NCBI RefSeq assembly: GCF_963921235.1
Contig: NC_086097.1
Location: 29,328,001 to 29,392,000 of the forward strand
Length of the DNA stretch: 64,000 nucleotides
DNA from: Mobula hypostoma
Lineage: Eukaryota
Reading direction: 5' to 3'
Made by a program: the position numbers and the translations under genes. Below are positions 28,255 to 41,698 of the stretch, in pieces. Position 1 is the stretch's first letter. Each line of letters opens with the position of its first letter. The notes beneath the pieces are model-generated. The model ran no database searches, was not told the DNA's origin, and was given only the letters and a program-made list of their open reading frames with translations.

Positions 28255-28944
28255 TACCCATGTCACTAAGATATTTGAAGTGATTATCCAAAGGCAAGCA
28301 ACAGCTGACAGTACCATCACTGGTAATGTATGGTAGCATAATGCTTTATAGAGCTAGTGATTGTAACCGAGGTTCAATTCCCACTGCTGTCTGTGAAGAG
28401 TTTGTACATTCTCCATGTGATCATGTGGGTTTCCACTGGGTGCACTGGTTTCCTCCCACATTCCAAAGGCATACAGGTTAGGATTAGTGAGTTGTGGGCA
28501 TGCTATGATGGTGCCAGAAGTATGGCGACACTTGTGTGCTGCCTCTAGCACATCAGACTGTGTTGAATGTTCACTCAAACAACATATTGCACTGTATGCT
28601 TCAATGTTTTCATGTGATGTAACACAAAGCTAGTCTTTCTTTCTGTATTTCGAAGAAAATGTAGTGGGGAGGCGGGAAGAAGGGAGGAAAAAGTAGTACA
28701 GTAGAGAAAGTTAAGGTAGCAGAATGAATTGTAGACAGTTCAGTGGATTCTAGTTAATTGGGGCAGCTACCTCTTTCCTTAAAGAACAAAAATTAATCAA
28801 GAAAATAGCAGCAATTCACTTCATTTATTTGGGACACTATGCCACTTCATGGGGCAGGATACAGTTGCTGAACTGGGTGGCCGTTACAAGGCACCACATA
28901 GTCTTTAGGGCGAACGTTTTTTTAAATAGCATCAGTTGCATGTG

Positions 28945-29037
28945 ACACACATAAAAATTGCTGGTGAATGCAGCGTTCACTAGCAATTTTTATGTGTGTT
29001 GCTTGAAATTCCAGCATCTGCAGATTTCTTCGTGTTT
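28945..29037. mobile_element. Palindromic PLE 3'-end micro-insertion
   Basis: 27-bp arms (28945-28971 / 28973-28999) plus a terminal tail. 16-bp TSD GCATCAGTTGCATG(T/C)G at 28929-28944 and 29038-29053. Confidence 0.85.
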
Positions 29038-29574
29038 GCATCAGTTGCATGCGTTTGTGTTCAAAAAGCAGAGATTTTTGTCACTGACAGTTGGTGAGAA
29101 ATAAGCAGTAAGACAATTTGAAACTGTTTTACTCACTGCTGTTTTGAAGTATTCAGGTTTGGAGGGGCCAGAAACAGCCGAGAGTGAAAATGAAACAATT
29201 TCACTAAAGTTCAAAGTAAATTTATTATCAAAGTACATATATGTCACCATATCCATATACAACCTGGAGGTTCATTTTCAATGAAAGACCGCAACAACTT
29301 CAGCATTCAACCAGTGTACAAAAGACAACAAACTAAAAAATAATAATAATAAAGCAATAAATATTGAGATCATGAGATGAAGAGTCCGTGAAAGTGAGTC
29401 CATAGGTCGTGGGAACATTTCAATGATGGGGCAAGTGATGTTGAACGAAGTTATCCCATTTGATTCAGGAGCCTGATGGTTGAGAGGTAATAACTGTTCC
29501 TGAACCTGGTGGTGAGAATCCTGAGGCTCCTGTCCTTCTTCCTAATGGCAGCAGTGAGAAGACAGCAATCGATG

Positions 29575-29972
29575 TTCAAGTGTGACTTTCTGGTGGCCAC
29601 TCGTTTCAATTCTACTTCCTATTCCCATTCTGACATGCCAGTCCATGGCCTCCTCTACTGCTGTGATGAGGCTACACTGAGGTTGGAGGAGCAACAACTT
29701 GTATTCCACCTGGGTAGCCTCCAACCTGAAGGCATGGATATCAATTTCTCAAACTTCTGGTAATTACACCCCCCCTTCCTTTCACCATTTGTGTTTCCCT
29801 CACACCTTCTCTTACCTGCCCATCACTTCCCTTCCTTTCCAGTTCTGATGAACGGTCTCAGCCCAAAATGTCAACTTGTGCTCTTCTGCATAGATGCCGC
29901 CTAACCTGCCAAGTTCCTTCAGCATTGTGTGAGAGTTACTTTGGATTTCTAGGATTTGCAGATTTTCACGTA
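29575..29972 (+). mobile_element. PLE 3' fragment (GIY-YIG C-terminus, 3' UTR, decayed hammerhead)
   Basis: VATRFNSTSYSHSDM...EQQLVFHLGSLQPEGMDINFSNF matches the 55-59 kb element. Contains agttctgatgaacggtctcagcccaaaatgtcaact. Confidence 0.85.
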
Positions 29973-29974
29973 TT

Positions 29975-32030
29975 TGTGGGCTGCACCCACTATGTTTTGT
30001 AGAATTTTCTGTTCAAGGGCACTGATGTTTTTTATGCCAGGCGCTGATGCAGCCAGTAAATATACTCTCCACCACACATCTATAAAAGTTTGTCAAAGTT
30101 TTAGATGTCATGCTGATTCTTTGCAAACTCCCAAGAAAGTAGAGGTGGTGTCGTGCTTTCTTTGACAGATCCTCTGAAATGATAGCACTTACATATTTAA
30201 AGTAGTTGACCTCTCTGCAACTCTGATCCGCCGATGAGGACTGGCTCATGGACCTCTGTTTTCCTCCTCCTGAAGTCAATAATCAGCTCTTTGGTCTTGT
30301 TAACAGTAAGAGGTTGGTGCTGTGGCACCACTCAGATTTTCAATCTCCCTCCTATATGCTAATTCATTATTACCTTTGAATCAGCCAATGATAGTGATGC
30401 ATCAGCAAACTTGACTATGGCATTGGAGGTGTGCTTAGCACACTGTCATAAGCGGGGGCTAAGCACACAGCTTTGTGGTATACCTGTGCTGATGGAGAAT
30501 GTGGAGTGGTTGTTGCTAATCCACCAAGTGAGGAAATCAAGGACCCAATTGCACAAGGAGTTGTTGAGGTTTTTGAGGGGACGATGGTATTGAATGCTGA
30601 GCTGTAGCCGATAAAGAGCATCTTGATGTATGCATCTTTGGTCTCCACATGCTCCAGGATTGAGTGAAGAGCCAATGAGATGACATCTGTCGTGGACCTG
30701 TTTCTCCGGTAGGCAAATTGGAGCAGATCCAAGTAATTTCTCAGGCAGGAGTTGATATGTTTCATCACAAACTTCTCAAAACACTTCATCACTGTGAATG
30801 TAAGTGCCACTGGACGATAGTCATTGAAGACAGGTTACCACATTCTTCTTATAAGTGAAGTCTGTTTGAGCAGGTGGGTACATCAGACGGCAGAAGCGAG
30901 ATGTTAAAGATCTCAGTGAACATGACAAACAGTTGATCAGCACAGGTCTTTAGTACTTGGCCAGGTACCCCGTCTGGGCTGGATGCTTTTCGTGGGTTCA
31001 CACATCAGCCTTAGAGACTGAGATCACAGGATCATCTTGGGCTGTGGGAATTTGTGATGGTTTCCCATGTTTTGATGGTCAAAGCAAACAGAGAAGGCAT
31101 TGGGCTATCTGGAGGTGAACCTCTGTTGTCATCTATGTTGCTTGATTTTTCTTCACAGAAGGTGATAACATTCAAGCCCTGTCACAACTGTCGAGTATCC
31201 TTGATTCAAGTTTAGTCCAGAATTGCCACCGCTTGTTTGATGGCTTTCTGGAGAATGTACCTGAACCTCTTGTAACTTTCTGGGACTTGAATGATTCTCA
31301 CTTGGTCCTCAGCAGATTGTGGATCTGATGGTTCATCCAGAGATTCTGGTTGGGTAAGACTGAATGATTTTGTGGGGACACACTCGACTACAACAGTTTT
31401 TATAAAATCTGTCACAATTATAGTGTACTCATTCAGATCCTCCAATGAGTCCTTGAACTCAGCACAGTACACACTCTAAGCAATCCCGCAGCTGCCCCTC
31501 TGCACCCCGGCGACCACCTCTTAGTTGTCCTAATCTTTGGAGCTCTGCTGTATGCAGGTAAAAGGAGGACGGCCAGGTGATCAGATTCCCAAAATGCAGT
31601 CTGGGTATGGAATAGTAGACATTCCTCATCTTAGTAAAACAGCATTGGGAACTTGGGTGCTACAATTTATATGCTGATGGTAATTAGCCAGGGTTTTCTT
31701 CAAACAAGCCTGGATGAAGTCCCCGACCATGATCTGAAATGCATCAGGATGGACTGATTTTTGTCTAGAGAAGACATCATGTAGTATTTCAAGTGTGTGA
31801 TTATAGTCGGCCACCGGTGCCATGTAAACTGTGGTCAGATCAATGGAGAACTCCTTAAGTAAATAGAACAGGTAGCATTAGACAACCATTAGGTATTCAA
31901 GGTTGGGGGAACACAGATTTGACAGAAGTGCCACATTCATACTTTGAATTGAGAAGCCTTCAAGTCTGATCACTGTATCTGGCAAGCTAACATACCTCGA
32001 TTACCCACAGAACACAACAAACCCTCATTT
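29975..32030 (-). mobile_element. Degenerate Rex1-like LINE (APE plus RT fragments)
   Basis: [38 protein letters not shown]. Confidence 0.8.
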
Positions 32031-32084
32031 CCCTCCAACAGCGAAACACTTAGAGAGGAGTGGTTTCATAAGACAGACACAGCA

Positions 32085-33767
32085 TAGATTCAGAAAGGGC
32101 AGGTCCTGTTTGGCAAACTTACTGCAGTTCTTTGAGAACATAATGAGTGCAGTGGACAGAGGGGAACAGGTGGGTGTCATATATTTGGATTTTCAGAAGG
32201 CGTTAGATAAGGTGCTGCACAACAGACTTATAAATAAGATATGGATGCATGGAATTGGAGGAAGTGTATTGGCATGGATAGTGGATTGGTTAACCGATAG
32301 AAGGCAGAGGGTTGGTATAAATGGGTGTTTCTCTGGTTGGCAGTTAGTGGTGAGTGGGGTGCCGCAGGGGTCTGTGCTGGGCCTGCAGCTGTTTACCATT
32401 TACATTGATGATTTGGAAGAGGGGACTAAGTGTAGCATAGTAAAATTTGCCAATGACACGAAACTGAGTGGAAAAGCAAATTGTACAGAGGATGTGGAGA
32501 GTCTGCAGAGGGATATATATAGGTTAAGTGAGTGGGCCAAGGTCTGGCAGATGAAACACGTTGGTAAATGCGAGATCATCCACTTTGAAAGGAATAATAG
32601 AAGAGTAGATTATTATTTAAATGGTGAAAGATTGCAGCATGCTGTTGTGCAGAGGGACTTGGGAGTGCTTGTTCATGAACAGCAAAAAGTTGGCTTGCAG
32701 GTACAACAGATTAAGAAGGCAAACAGAATGTTGGCCTTCAATGCTAGAGGGACTGAATTCAAGAGCAGGGAGGTCATGCTGCAACTATACAGGGTACCGG
32801 TGAGGCCACATCTGGAGTACCATGTGCAGTTCTGGTCTCCATACTTGAGGAAGGATATACTGGCTTCGGAGTCAATGCAGAGGAGGTTCACCAAGTTGAT
32901 TCCAGGGATGAAGGGGTTAAGCTATGAGCAGAAATTGAGTCGCCTGCTGCTGGCGACCGGGGCTGGGGTCGAAGCGTTTGGCAGAGATGGTGCTTGGTGT
33001 CAGAGGGCTGGTTGGAGCTCGAAGTTTTCGGACGACTCAGAGTCGGACTGAGGTCGGGTATAGCAGGGAGTTTTTTTCCTTCTCCCATCTGCGTGAGATG
33101 TGGGACTTTCGAGAGACTTTGAACTTTTTTACCGTGCTCACGGTCTCTTCATCAAGTTATGGTATTGCTTGCCCTGTTGTAACTATATGTTATAATTATG
33201 TGGTTTTTGTCAGTTTTTCAGTCTTGGTCTGTCCTGTGTTTCTGTGATATCACACCGGAGGAATATTGTATCATTTCTTAATGCATGCATTACTAAATGA
33301 CAATAGAAGAGGACTGCGTGTCCTCATAATCTAATCTAATCTAATACCCTCTGGAGTTCAGAAGATTGAGAGGGGATCTTATAGAAACGTACAAAATTTT
33401 GAAAGGGGTAGATAAGATAGAAGTAGGAAAGTTGTTTCCACTGGTAGGTAAGACTAGAACTAGGGTACATTGCCTCAAGATTTTCAGGGGAGAAGATTTA
33501 GGACGGAAATGAGAGGAAACTGTTTTTCCCAGAGAGTGGGGAATCTTAGGAATTCTCTACCCAGGGAAGCAGTTGAGGCTTCTTCACTAAATATATTTAA
33601 GCAGTTAGATAGGTTTTTACATAGTAAGGGAATTAAGGGTTATGGGGAAAAGGCAGGTAGATGGAGCTGAGTTTATGGACAGATCAGCCATGATCTTATT
33701 GAATAGTGGGGCAGGCTCGATAGGCCAGATGGCCAACTCCCGCTCCTATTTCTGATCTTCTTATGTA
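32085..33767 (+). mobile_element. CR1 LINE 3' fragment (RT) with a nested non-autonomous element
   Basis: YLDFQKA, GVPQGSVLG, KFANDTKL, VRPHLEY and a CR1 3' UTR. Confidence 0.92.
32941..33345 (+). mobile_element. 5'-truncated copy of the (ATCTA)n-tailed non-autonomous element
   Basis: Shares ttcatcaa(a/g)ttatggtatt...ctgtgatatcac...ctcataatctaatctaa with 11833-12460 and interrupts a CR1. Confidence 0.78.
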
Positions 33768-35017
33768 ATACAGCAATCTTGCCCCCAGGCACTCAATTTT
33801 GTTCTCCAGTGACTGCACATTTGCTAACAAGACACTGAGCAGAAGGGGTTTCATTCTGAAATCAGCCTGCTTTAGAGCCCCTCCTTCCCACCTCACTTCC
33901 AGCCATTGCGATTAATCTTCCTCTGCTTAAAGGTGCCATACCTGCTTACTTAAGAGTTAAGTCTGCTGAGTTCTTCAGAAGATTGTGAAATCTGTAGTTC
34001 ATTGTCAATTTAAAAACACATTGCTGAAAGGGACATTACATGCTGCAGATTGCAATGAGAGTAATTCAAATGAGGTATATTTAAAAGTATTGTACATAGC
34101 CTGCAGAACATTGCCATCTCGCACCAATAGGAACTACAAAGAATTTGAAGGTATCAACAATCATCTTGAATGTTACAATGAAAATGAAGATTTGGAGAAT
34201 GTGATCGTCGAAAGCATTGCCTAAAGTCAGTGCATTATTTACATTAAGTGTGTTTGCTCATTTACAGTCCATCGAAAAAACTTGACAAGGAATTCCTTTG
34301 TCAATAATTATTAGGAACAAATCACAGTTTTATGGTGCTATAGCAGTTTTATAGTATTGTAGTAGTACTCAGTTAAATAGTAGTTTGTCTTTCTTATACC
34401 TTATGTCTTTCAACTATTTCCATGAAACTTTGGCTACTTAGGGAAGATAACTGGGCAAAGATATACTGGTCCCGATGTATCCCAATTAACTGGAATCCAT
34501 TGTATCTCAGAGTCATTGCTTTTTTTTGAATATCTGAAAAGCTATGTTGGCCAAGAGGGAATTAGTGAGGCAGTATGTAAGCAATAACTGTTTCTTGGAG
34601 TTGGAGTTAAAACATCTGCAAAGACACTAAAGAAATGGACAAAGACATGGATAAGGAGCAGAATGTGACAGCACAGTAGTAGGGTATCTGGCTCATCAAC
34701 TTCTAGTGTCTGGTTAGACAAAAAAGGCAGTTCTAGTCAATCCTTCTTTCCTCACCATCACACAAATATTGGTATTTATTCAATTTCCTTTTTAAATACA
34801 AAATTATTATGAATCACTGCACTATACTTTCAGGCAGAGAATTTGCTGTACTGTGCAGCAGCATTGTGGAGTAACAGTTTCCTCTGACAACTCAGGATTT
34901 GATTCTGAACTCTCCCTGTAACTGGGTGGGTGCTCCAACCTCTTCCCACATTCTAAAACTGCTGGTTGGTTAGACAGCTACTGTACGTTTTGGGGTAGAT
35001 TAATAACAACTAAGCCA

Positions 35018-35150
35018 GCTGGTGGTGTAATGGCATCTGCACCAGACTTCAAGGCCAGTGGTCCCAGGTTTGAATCCGGCCAGCTCCTTTCACGCTTTTC
35101 AACTGTGCTGTGTTGAGCGTTGAGCTAGCAACTGGGCCTTGCAAAAAAAA
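35018..35150 (+). mobile_element. tRNA-derived SINE with an A-tail
   Basis: ggtggtgtaatggc...ggtttgaatcc A/B boxes followed by gcaaaaaaaaaa. Confidence 0.65.
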
Positions 35151-35594
35151 AATCAGAGACAAATGCAAAGTAAACGATGTGACAAAAGGCATGGAGAGAA
35201 ACAGTAACAACAAAATGAGTGTTGATAGACATGTAGAAGAGAGCAAGTTTCAGAGGTGCAGAGAAATGAGAGGAGCAATGGAATTATTTGCTTGTGAAGT
35301 GCTCTAGGCTGAATAGTTTCCTGTATTGTTACAAGACTAAGATACAAGTATGAATGTTTTACTTATTGCATTCTTGAATTTTTTGCCAATCATTTAAAAT
35401 ATGTGCCCTCCACAAATGGGAACAGTTTCTCTTGATTTACTCTATCCAAGCCTATCATGATTTTGAACACTTCTATCTAATCATCTTTCGACCTTCTTGG
35501 TTCCAAATAAACATATTCCAGATTCACTGGTTTAACAGTTCATCCAAAACGCCTTCAGCTCCATTGGAAGTGACAGGGATAAATATGGAATCTA

Positions 35595-37197
35595 CAAACC
35601 CCATTTCCAGAAAAGTTGGGATATTTTCCAAAATGCAATAAAAACAAAAATCTGTGATATGTTAATTCACGTGAGCCTTTATTTAACTGACAAAAGTACA
35701 AAGAAAAGATTTTCAATAGTTTTACTGACCAACTTAATTGTATTTTGTAAATATAGACAAATTTAGAATTTGATGGCTGCAACACACTCAACAAAAGTTG
35801 GGACAGAGCTAAAATAAGATTGAAAAGTGCACAGAATATTCAAGTAACACCGGTTTGAAAGACTCCACATTAAGCAGGCTAATTGGTAGCAGGTGAGGTA
35901 TCATGACTGGGTATAAAAGTAGCGTCCATCAAAGGCTCAGTCTTTGCAAGCAAGGGTGGGTTGTGGCTCACCCCTTTGTGCCAAAATTCATGAGAGAATT
36001 GTTAGTCAGTTCAAAAGGAACATTTCTCAATGCAAGATTGCAGAGAATTTAGGTCTTTCAACATCTACAGTACATAATATTGTGAAAAGATTTAGAGAAT
36101 TCAGAGACATCTCAGTGCGTAAAGGGCAAGGTCGGAAACCACTGTTGAATGCGCGTGATCTTCGAGCCCTCAGGCGGCACTGCCTAAGAAACCGTCATGC
36201 TACTGTGACAATTATAGCCACCTGGGCTCGGGAGTACTTCGGAAAACTATTGTCACTCAACACAGTCCGTCGCTGCATCCAGAAATGCAACTTGAAACTG
36301 TATTATGCAAGGAGGAAGCCATACATCAACTCTATGCAGAAACGCCGGCGAGTTCTCTGGGCCCGAGCTCATCTCAGATGGACCGAAAGACTGCGGAACC
36401 GTGTGCTATGGTCAGATGAGTCCACATTTCAGCTAGTTTTCGGAAAAAACGGGTGTCGAGTTCTCCGTGCCAAAGATGAAAACGACCATCCAGATTGTTA
36501 TCAGCGAAAGGTGCAAAAGCCAGCATCTGTGATGGTATGGGGGTGCATCAGTGCCCACGGCATGGATGAGTTGCATGTATGTGAAGGTACCATTGACTCT
36601 GAGGCATATATTAGGATTTTAGAGAGACATACGTTGCCATCAAGGCGATGTCTCTTCCCGGGATGTCCATGCTTATTTCAGCAGGACAATGCCAGACCAC
36701 ATTCTGCACGGCTACAACAGCGTGGCTTTGTAGACACAGAGTGCGTGTGCTTGACTGGCCTGCTGCCAGTCCAGATCTATCTCCTATTGAAAATGTATGG
36801 CGCATCATGAAGAGGAGAATCAGACAACAGAGACCACGGACTGTTGAGCAGCTGAAGTCTTATATCAAGCAAGAATGGACAAAATTTCCAATTGCAAATC
36901 TACTACAATTAGTATCCTCAGTTCCAAAACGATTAAAAAGTGTTATTAAAAGGAAAGGTGATGTAACACAATGGTAAACATGCCTCTGTCCCAACTTTTG
37001 TTGAGTGTGTCGCAGCCATCAAATTCTAAATTTGTGTATGTTTACAAAATACAGTTAAGTTGGTCAGTAAGACTATTGAAAATCTTTTCTTTGTACTTTT
37101 GTCAGTTAAATAAAGGTTCAAGTGAATTAACATATCACAGATTTTTGTTTTTATTGCATTTTGGAAAATATCCCAACTTTTCTGGAAATGGGGTTTG
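35595..37197 (+). mobile_element. Full-length Tc1 (DD34E) transposon with ~215-bp TIRs
   Basis: TA|CAAACCCCATTTCCAGAAAAGTTGGG ... CCCAACTTTTCTGGAAATGGGGTTTG|TA. Long near-identical TIRs with an internal AAAGTTGGGA repeat. Confidence 0.97.
35956..36977 (+). pseudogene. Tc1 transposase with probable ATG>GTG start loss and one frameshift near 36710
   Basis: GQGRKP, VLWSDES, SVMVWGC, FQQDNARPH and SPDLSPIENVW split across ORFs 35944-36810 and 36648-36977. D-to-E spacing is 34 once one base is restored. Confidence 0.92.
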
Positions 37198-37442
37198 TAG
37201 AAAAATAGAAGTCGGAGGTATCTATTACCCACGTCTTGAGATGTTTGCTAAGTTAGAAGTATTTGCACATAAATACAGTCTGCTTCCTGAAACACACAGA
37301 TGCTGTGTAAACACCTATAAGAATTCCTTCTGCACTGGGAAAGGAGAGGCAAACCAGCTGAGCACGTGATATGTCAGGCCCCATTGTTGCAATATTTTTG
37401 ATGCACATAGATTTGTTTCATTTTGGAGTGGTAACAGGGAGA

Positions 37443-40400
37443 TAGAAACATAGAAAACCCACAGCACAGTACAGGCCCTTCGGCCCACAAAGCTGTGCCC
37501 AACTCGTACTTACTTCAGAAATTACCTCGGGTTACCCATAGCCCTCTATTTTTCTAAGCTCCATATACCTGTCCAGGAGTCTCTTAAAAGACCCTATCGT
37601 ATCCGCCTCCACCACCATAGCCGGCAGCCCATTCCACGCACTCACCACCCTCTGCGTAAAAAACTTACCCATGACATCTCCTCTGTACCTACTTCCAAGC
37701 ACCTCAAAACTGCCCTCTCGTGCCTGCCATTCCAACCATGGAAAAAAGCATCTGCCTATCCACACGATCAATGCCTCTCATTATCTTATACACCTCTATC
37801 AGGTCACCTCTCATCCTTCATCGCTCCAAGGAGAAAAGGCCGAGTTCACTCAACCTATTTTCATAAGGCATGCTCCCCAATCCAGGAAACATCCTTGTAA
37901 ATCTCCTCTGCACCCTTTCTATGGTTTCCACATCCTTCCTGTAGTGACCAGAACTGAGCACAGTATTCCAAGTGGGGTCTGACCAGAGTCCTGCATAGCT
38001 GCAACATTACCTTTCGGCTCCTAAACTCAATCCCACGATTGATGAAGGCCAATGCACCACATGCTTTCTTAACCACAGAGTCAACCTGAGCAGCAGCTTT
38101 GAGTGTCCTATGGACTCAGACCCCAAGATCAGAATCAGAATCCTTTATTATCGCCAAGTATGTGGACACATACAGGGAATTTGATACTGGTTTCCCTGAG
38201 CTCTCGCTGTACAGAATCAAAAAGCAAACAAAACAATAGTGCAAATAATCGTGAACTATATACAATGAGGTATACCAGTGTATGTACAGGTGGACTTGGT
38301 TTATTTAATATACTAAAATTTAAGTGTTCATAAGACTGATGGCATACGGAAAGAAACTGTTCTTGTACCTATTTGTCCTGGCATACAGTGATCTAAAGCG
38401 CCTACCAGAAGGAAGGAGTTAGAACAGGTGATGTCCAGGGTGTGATGGGTCTACAATGATGCTGCTTGCTCGCTTCCTGAATCTAGATGCATACAAGTCC
38501 TGGATCGAGGGCAGCTTCACACCAATAATCCTTTCCGCAGCCCTGACGGTTCTTTGGAGTCTATTCTTGTCTTGTTTGGTAGCTGATCCAAACCAGGCAG
38601 TGATGGACGAACAGAGAACAGACTGGATTATTCCTGAATAGAATTGAATCAGCAGCTCCTGAAGCAGGTTGTATTTCTTGAGTTGACGTAGGAAATACAA
38701 CCTCTGCTGAGCCTTTTTGATAACAGTGTCTGTGTTGGGTGTCCACTTCAGGTCCTGGGAGATTGCGACACCCAGAAACCTGAAAGTCTCCACAGCAGAC
38801 ACAATACTGTTGAGTATAGTGTGTGGGGGGAGTATTGGGGAGCTCCTCCTGAAGTCCACTGTCATCTCCACAGTCTTGAGCGTATTTAGCTCCAGATTGT
38901 TTTGACCACACCAGAGGGCCAGCCATTCCACCACCTGTCTGTATGCAGACTCATCACCGTCTCGGATAAGGCCAATGACAGTTCTGTTGTCTGCAAACTT
39001 CAGGAGTTTAACAGATGGATCCTGTGAGGTGCAGTCATTAGTGTAAAGGGAGAAGAGCAGTGGGGAGAGCACACATCCCTGGGGGGGCACCGGTACTGAT
39101 TGTCCAGGTGCTAGAAATGATGCTCCCCAGCCTCACTTGCTGCACCCCGTCAGTCAGGAAGATCCCTCTGATCCTCCACACTGTCAAGAGTCTCACCATT
39201 AATACTATATTTTGCCATCATATATGACCTACCAAAATGAACCACCTCACACTCATCTGGGTTGAATTCCATCTGCCACTTCTCAATCCAGTTTTGCATT
39301 CTATCAATGTCCCACTGTAACCTCTGACAACCCTCCACACTATCCACAACACCCCCAACCTTTGTGTCATCAGCAAATTTACTAACCCATCCCTCCACTT
39401 CCTCATCCAGGTCATTTATAAAAATCATGAAGAGTAGGGGTCCCAGAACAGATCCCTGAGGCACTCCACTGGTCACCACCTCCAAGCAGAATATGACCCG
39501 TCTACAAACACTTTGCCTTCTGTAGGCAAGCCAGTTCTGGATCCACAAAGCAATGTCTCCTTGGATCCCATGCCTCCTTACTTTCTCAATAAGCCTTGCA
39601 AGGGGTACCTTGTCAAATGCCTTGCTGAAAGCCATATACACTACATCTACTGCTCTACTTTCATCAATGTGTTTAGCCACATCCTCAAAAAAATTCAATC
39701 ACGCTCGTAAGGCACAACCTGCCTTTGACAGAGGCATCTTAATCATATTATGCCTCTCCAAATGTTCATAAATGTTCCTGCCTCTCAGGATCTTTTCCCT
39801 CAATTTACCAACCACTGAAGTAAGACTCACTGGTCTGTAATTTCCTGGGCTATATCTATTCTCTTTCTTGAATAAGGGAACAACATCTGCAACCCTCCAA
39901 TCCTCTGGAACCTCTCCCATCCCCATTGATGCTGCAAAGATCATCACCAGAGGCTCAGCAACCTCATCCCTTGCCTCCCACAGTAGCCTGGGGTACATCT
40001 CGTCCGGTCCTGGTGAATTATCCAACTTGATGCTTTCCAAAACCTCCAGCACATTCCCCTTTCTTAATATCTACATGCTCAAGCTTTTCAGTCCGCTGCA
40101 AGTCATCCCGACAATCGCCAAGATCCTTTTTCCGTAGTGAATACTGAAGCAAAGTACTCAATAAGTACCTCTACTACCTCAGCCGGTTCCATACACTCTT
40201 TTCCACTGTCACCTTTGATTGGTCCTATTCTCTCACATCTTATTCTCTTGCTCTTCACATACTTGTAGAATGCCTTGGGGTTTTCCTTAATCCTGTCCGC
40301 CAAGGCCTTCTCATGGCCCCTTCTGGCTCTCCTAATTTCTTTCTTAAGCTCCTTCCTGCTAGCCTTATAATCTTCTAGATCTCTATCATTACCTAGTTTT

Positions 40401-41210
40401 TTTGAACCTTTCGCAAGCTCTTCTTTTCTTCTTGACTAGATTTACAACAGCCTTTGTACACCACGGTTCCTGTACCCCACCATCCTTTCCCTGTCTCACC
40501 GGAACATACCTGTGCAGAACTCCTCGCAAATATCCCTTGAACATTTGCCACATTTCTTCCGTACATTTCCCTGAGAACATCTGTTCCCAATTTATGCTTC
40601 CAAGTTCCTGCCTGATAGCCTCATATTTCCCCTTACTCCAATTAAACGCTTTGCTAGCTTGTCTGTTCCTATCCCTCTCCAATGCTATGGAAAAGGAGAC
40701 AGAATGTGATCACCATCTCCAAAATGCTCTCCCACTGAGATCTGACACCTGATCAGGTTCATTTCCCAATACCAGATCAAGTATAGCCTCTCCTCTTGTA
40801 GGCTTATCTACATATTGTGTCAAGAAACCTTCCTGAACACACCTAACAAACTCCACCCCATCTAAACCCCTTACTCTAGTGAGATGCCAACTGTTATTTG
40901 GGAGATTAATATCTCCCACCATGACAACTCTTATTATTACACCTTTCCAGGATCTGTTTCCATATCTGCTCCTCGATATCCCTGTTACTATTGGGTGGCC
41001 TATAAAAAACATCCAGTAGAGTTACTGGCCTCTTCCTGTCCTAACTTCCACCCACAGAGACTCCGCAGACAATCCCTCTATCTTCCTCCTTTTCTGCAGC
41101 TGTGACACTATCTCTGAACAGTGCCATGCACCCACCCCTTTTGCCTCCCTCCCTGTCCTTTCTGAAACATCTAAAGCCTGGCACTCGAAGTAACCATTCC
41201 TGCCCCTATT
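37443..41210 (-). mobile_element. CR1 LINE ORF2 fragment, interrupted by a Rex1-like LINE
   Basis: PTRGEAILDLVL, NYRPVSLTSVVGK, GVPQGSVLGP, KFADDTK, VRPHLEYC and a (TTCTATG)-type tail near 37445. Confidence 0.92.
38131..39158 (-). mobile_element. Young 5'-truncated Rex1/Babar-like LINE nested in the CR1
   Basis: 223-aa [21 protein letters not shown]...KAQQRLYFLRQLKK, (GATTCT)n tail, and AAGATC on both sides. Confidence 0.88.
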
Positions 41211-41698
41211 TCGAGATATCAAACGAAAGAGACCCGGAGCAGTGGACTACGAGGGGTAACAAAAAGGGAAAATTTCCTCTTCTTGTATAAGATATCTGTT
41301 CGATTTGAACATATCTGGGCTTGTTTTGTCAAGAATTCTATTCTAAAGCTCTTGGATGCTTGTATGTGCCCTTTAGTAGGATGACTACCTACCATGATAC
41401 TCTGGACATGGTTCCATCAAAGCCAAGTTAACTACCATCACAATTACTTATCAGTTAAAAGTTCTGAAGCTTGCAGATGAAGACATTGCCAACACGTTGC
41501 TCAGCAACAAAATGTTTACTGTCCATTGTGAATTCAGGCACTGGTGCAATTTCAAACAAGTCTTACAAAGTTGATGTGGAAAATATTACTTCATACTAAA
41601 AAGGAATCTGGGAGGCCCCCTAGCTCAGAGAGCTCCCTTTTATTTTTAAATAGGAGTCTTATCCACCTCGTCCATTAGAGAGAGTAGCTTACACCTAC

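Noticed and set aside
35018..35090. Possible tRNA gene
   Set aside because: The cloverleaf is imperfect and it continues into a SINE body and A-tail.
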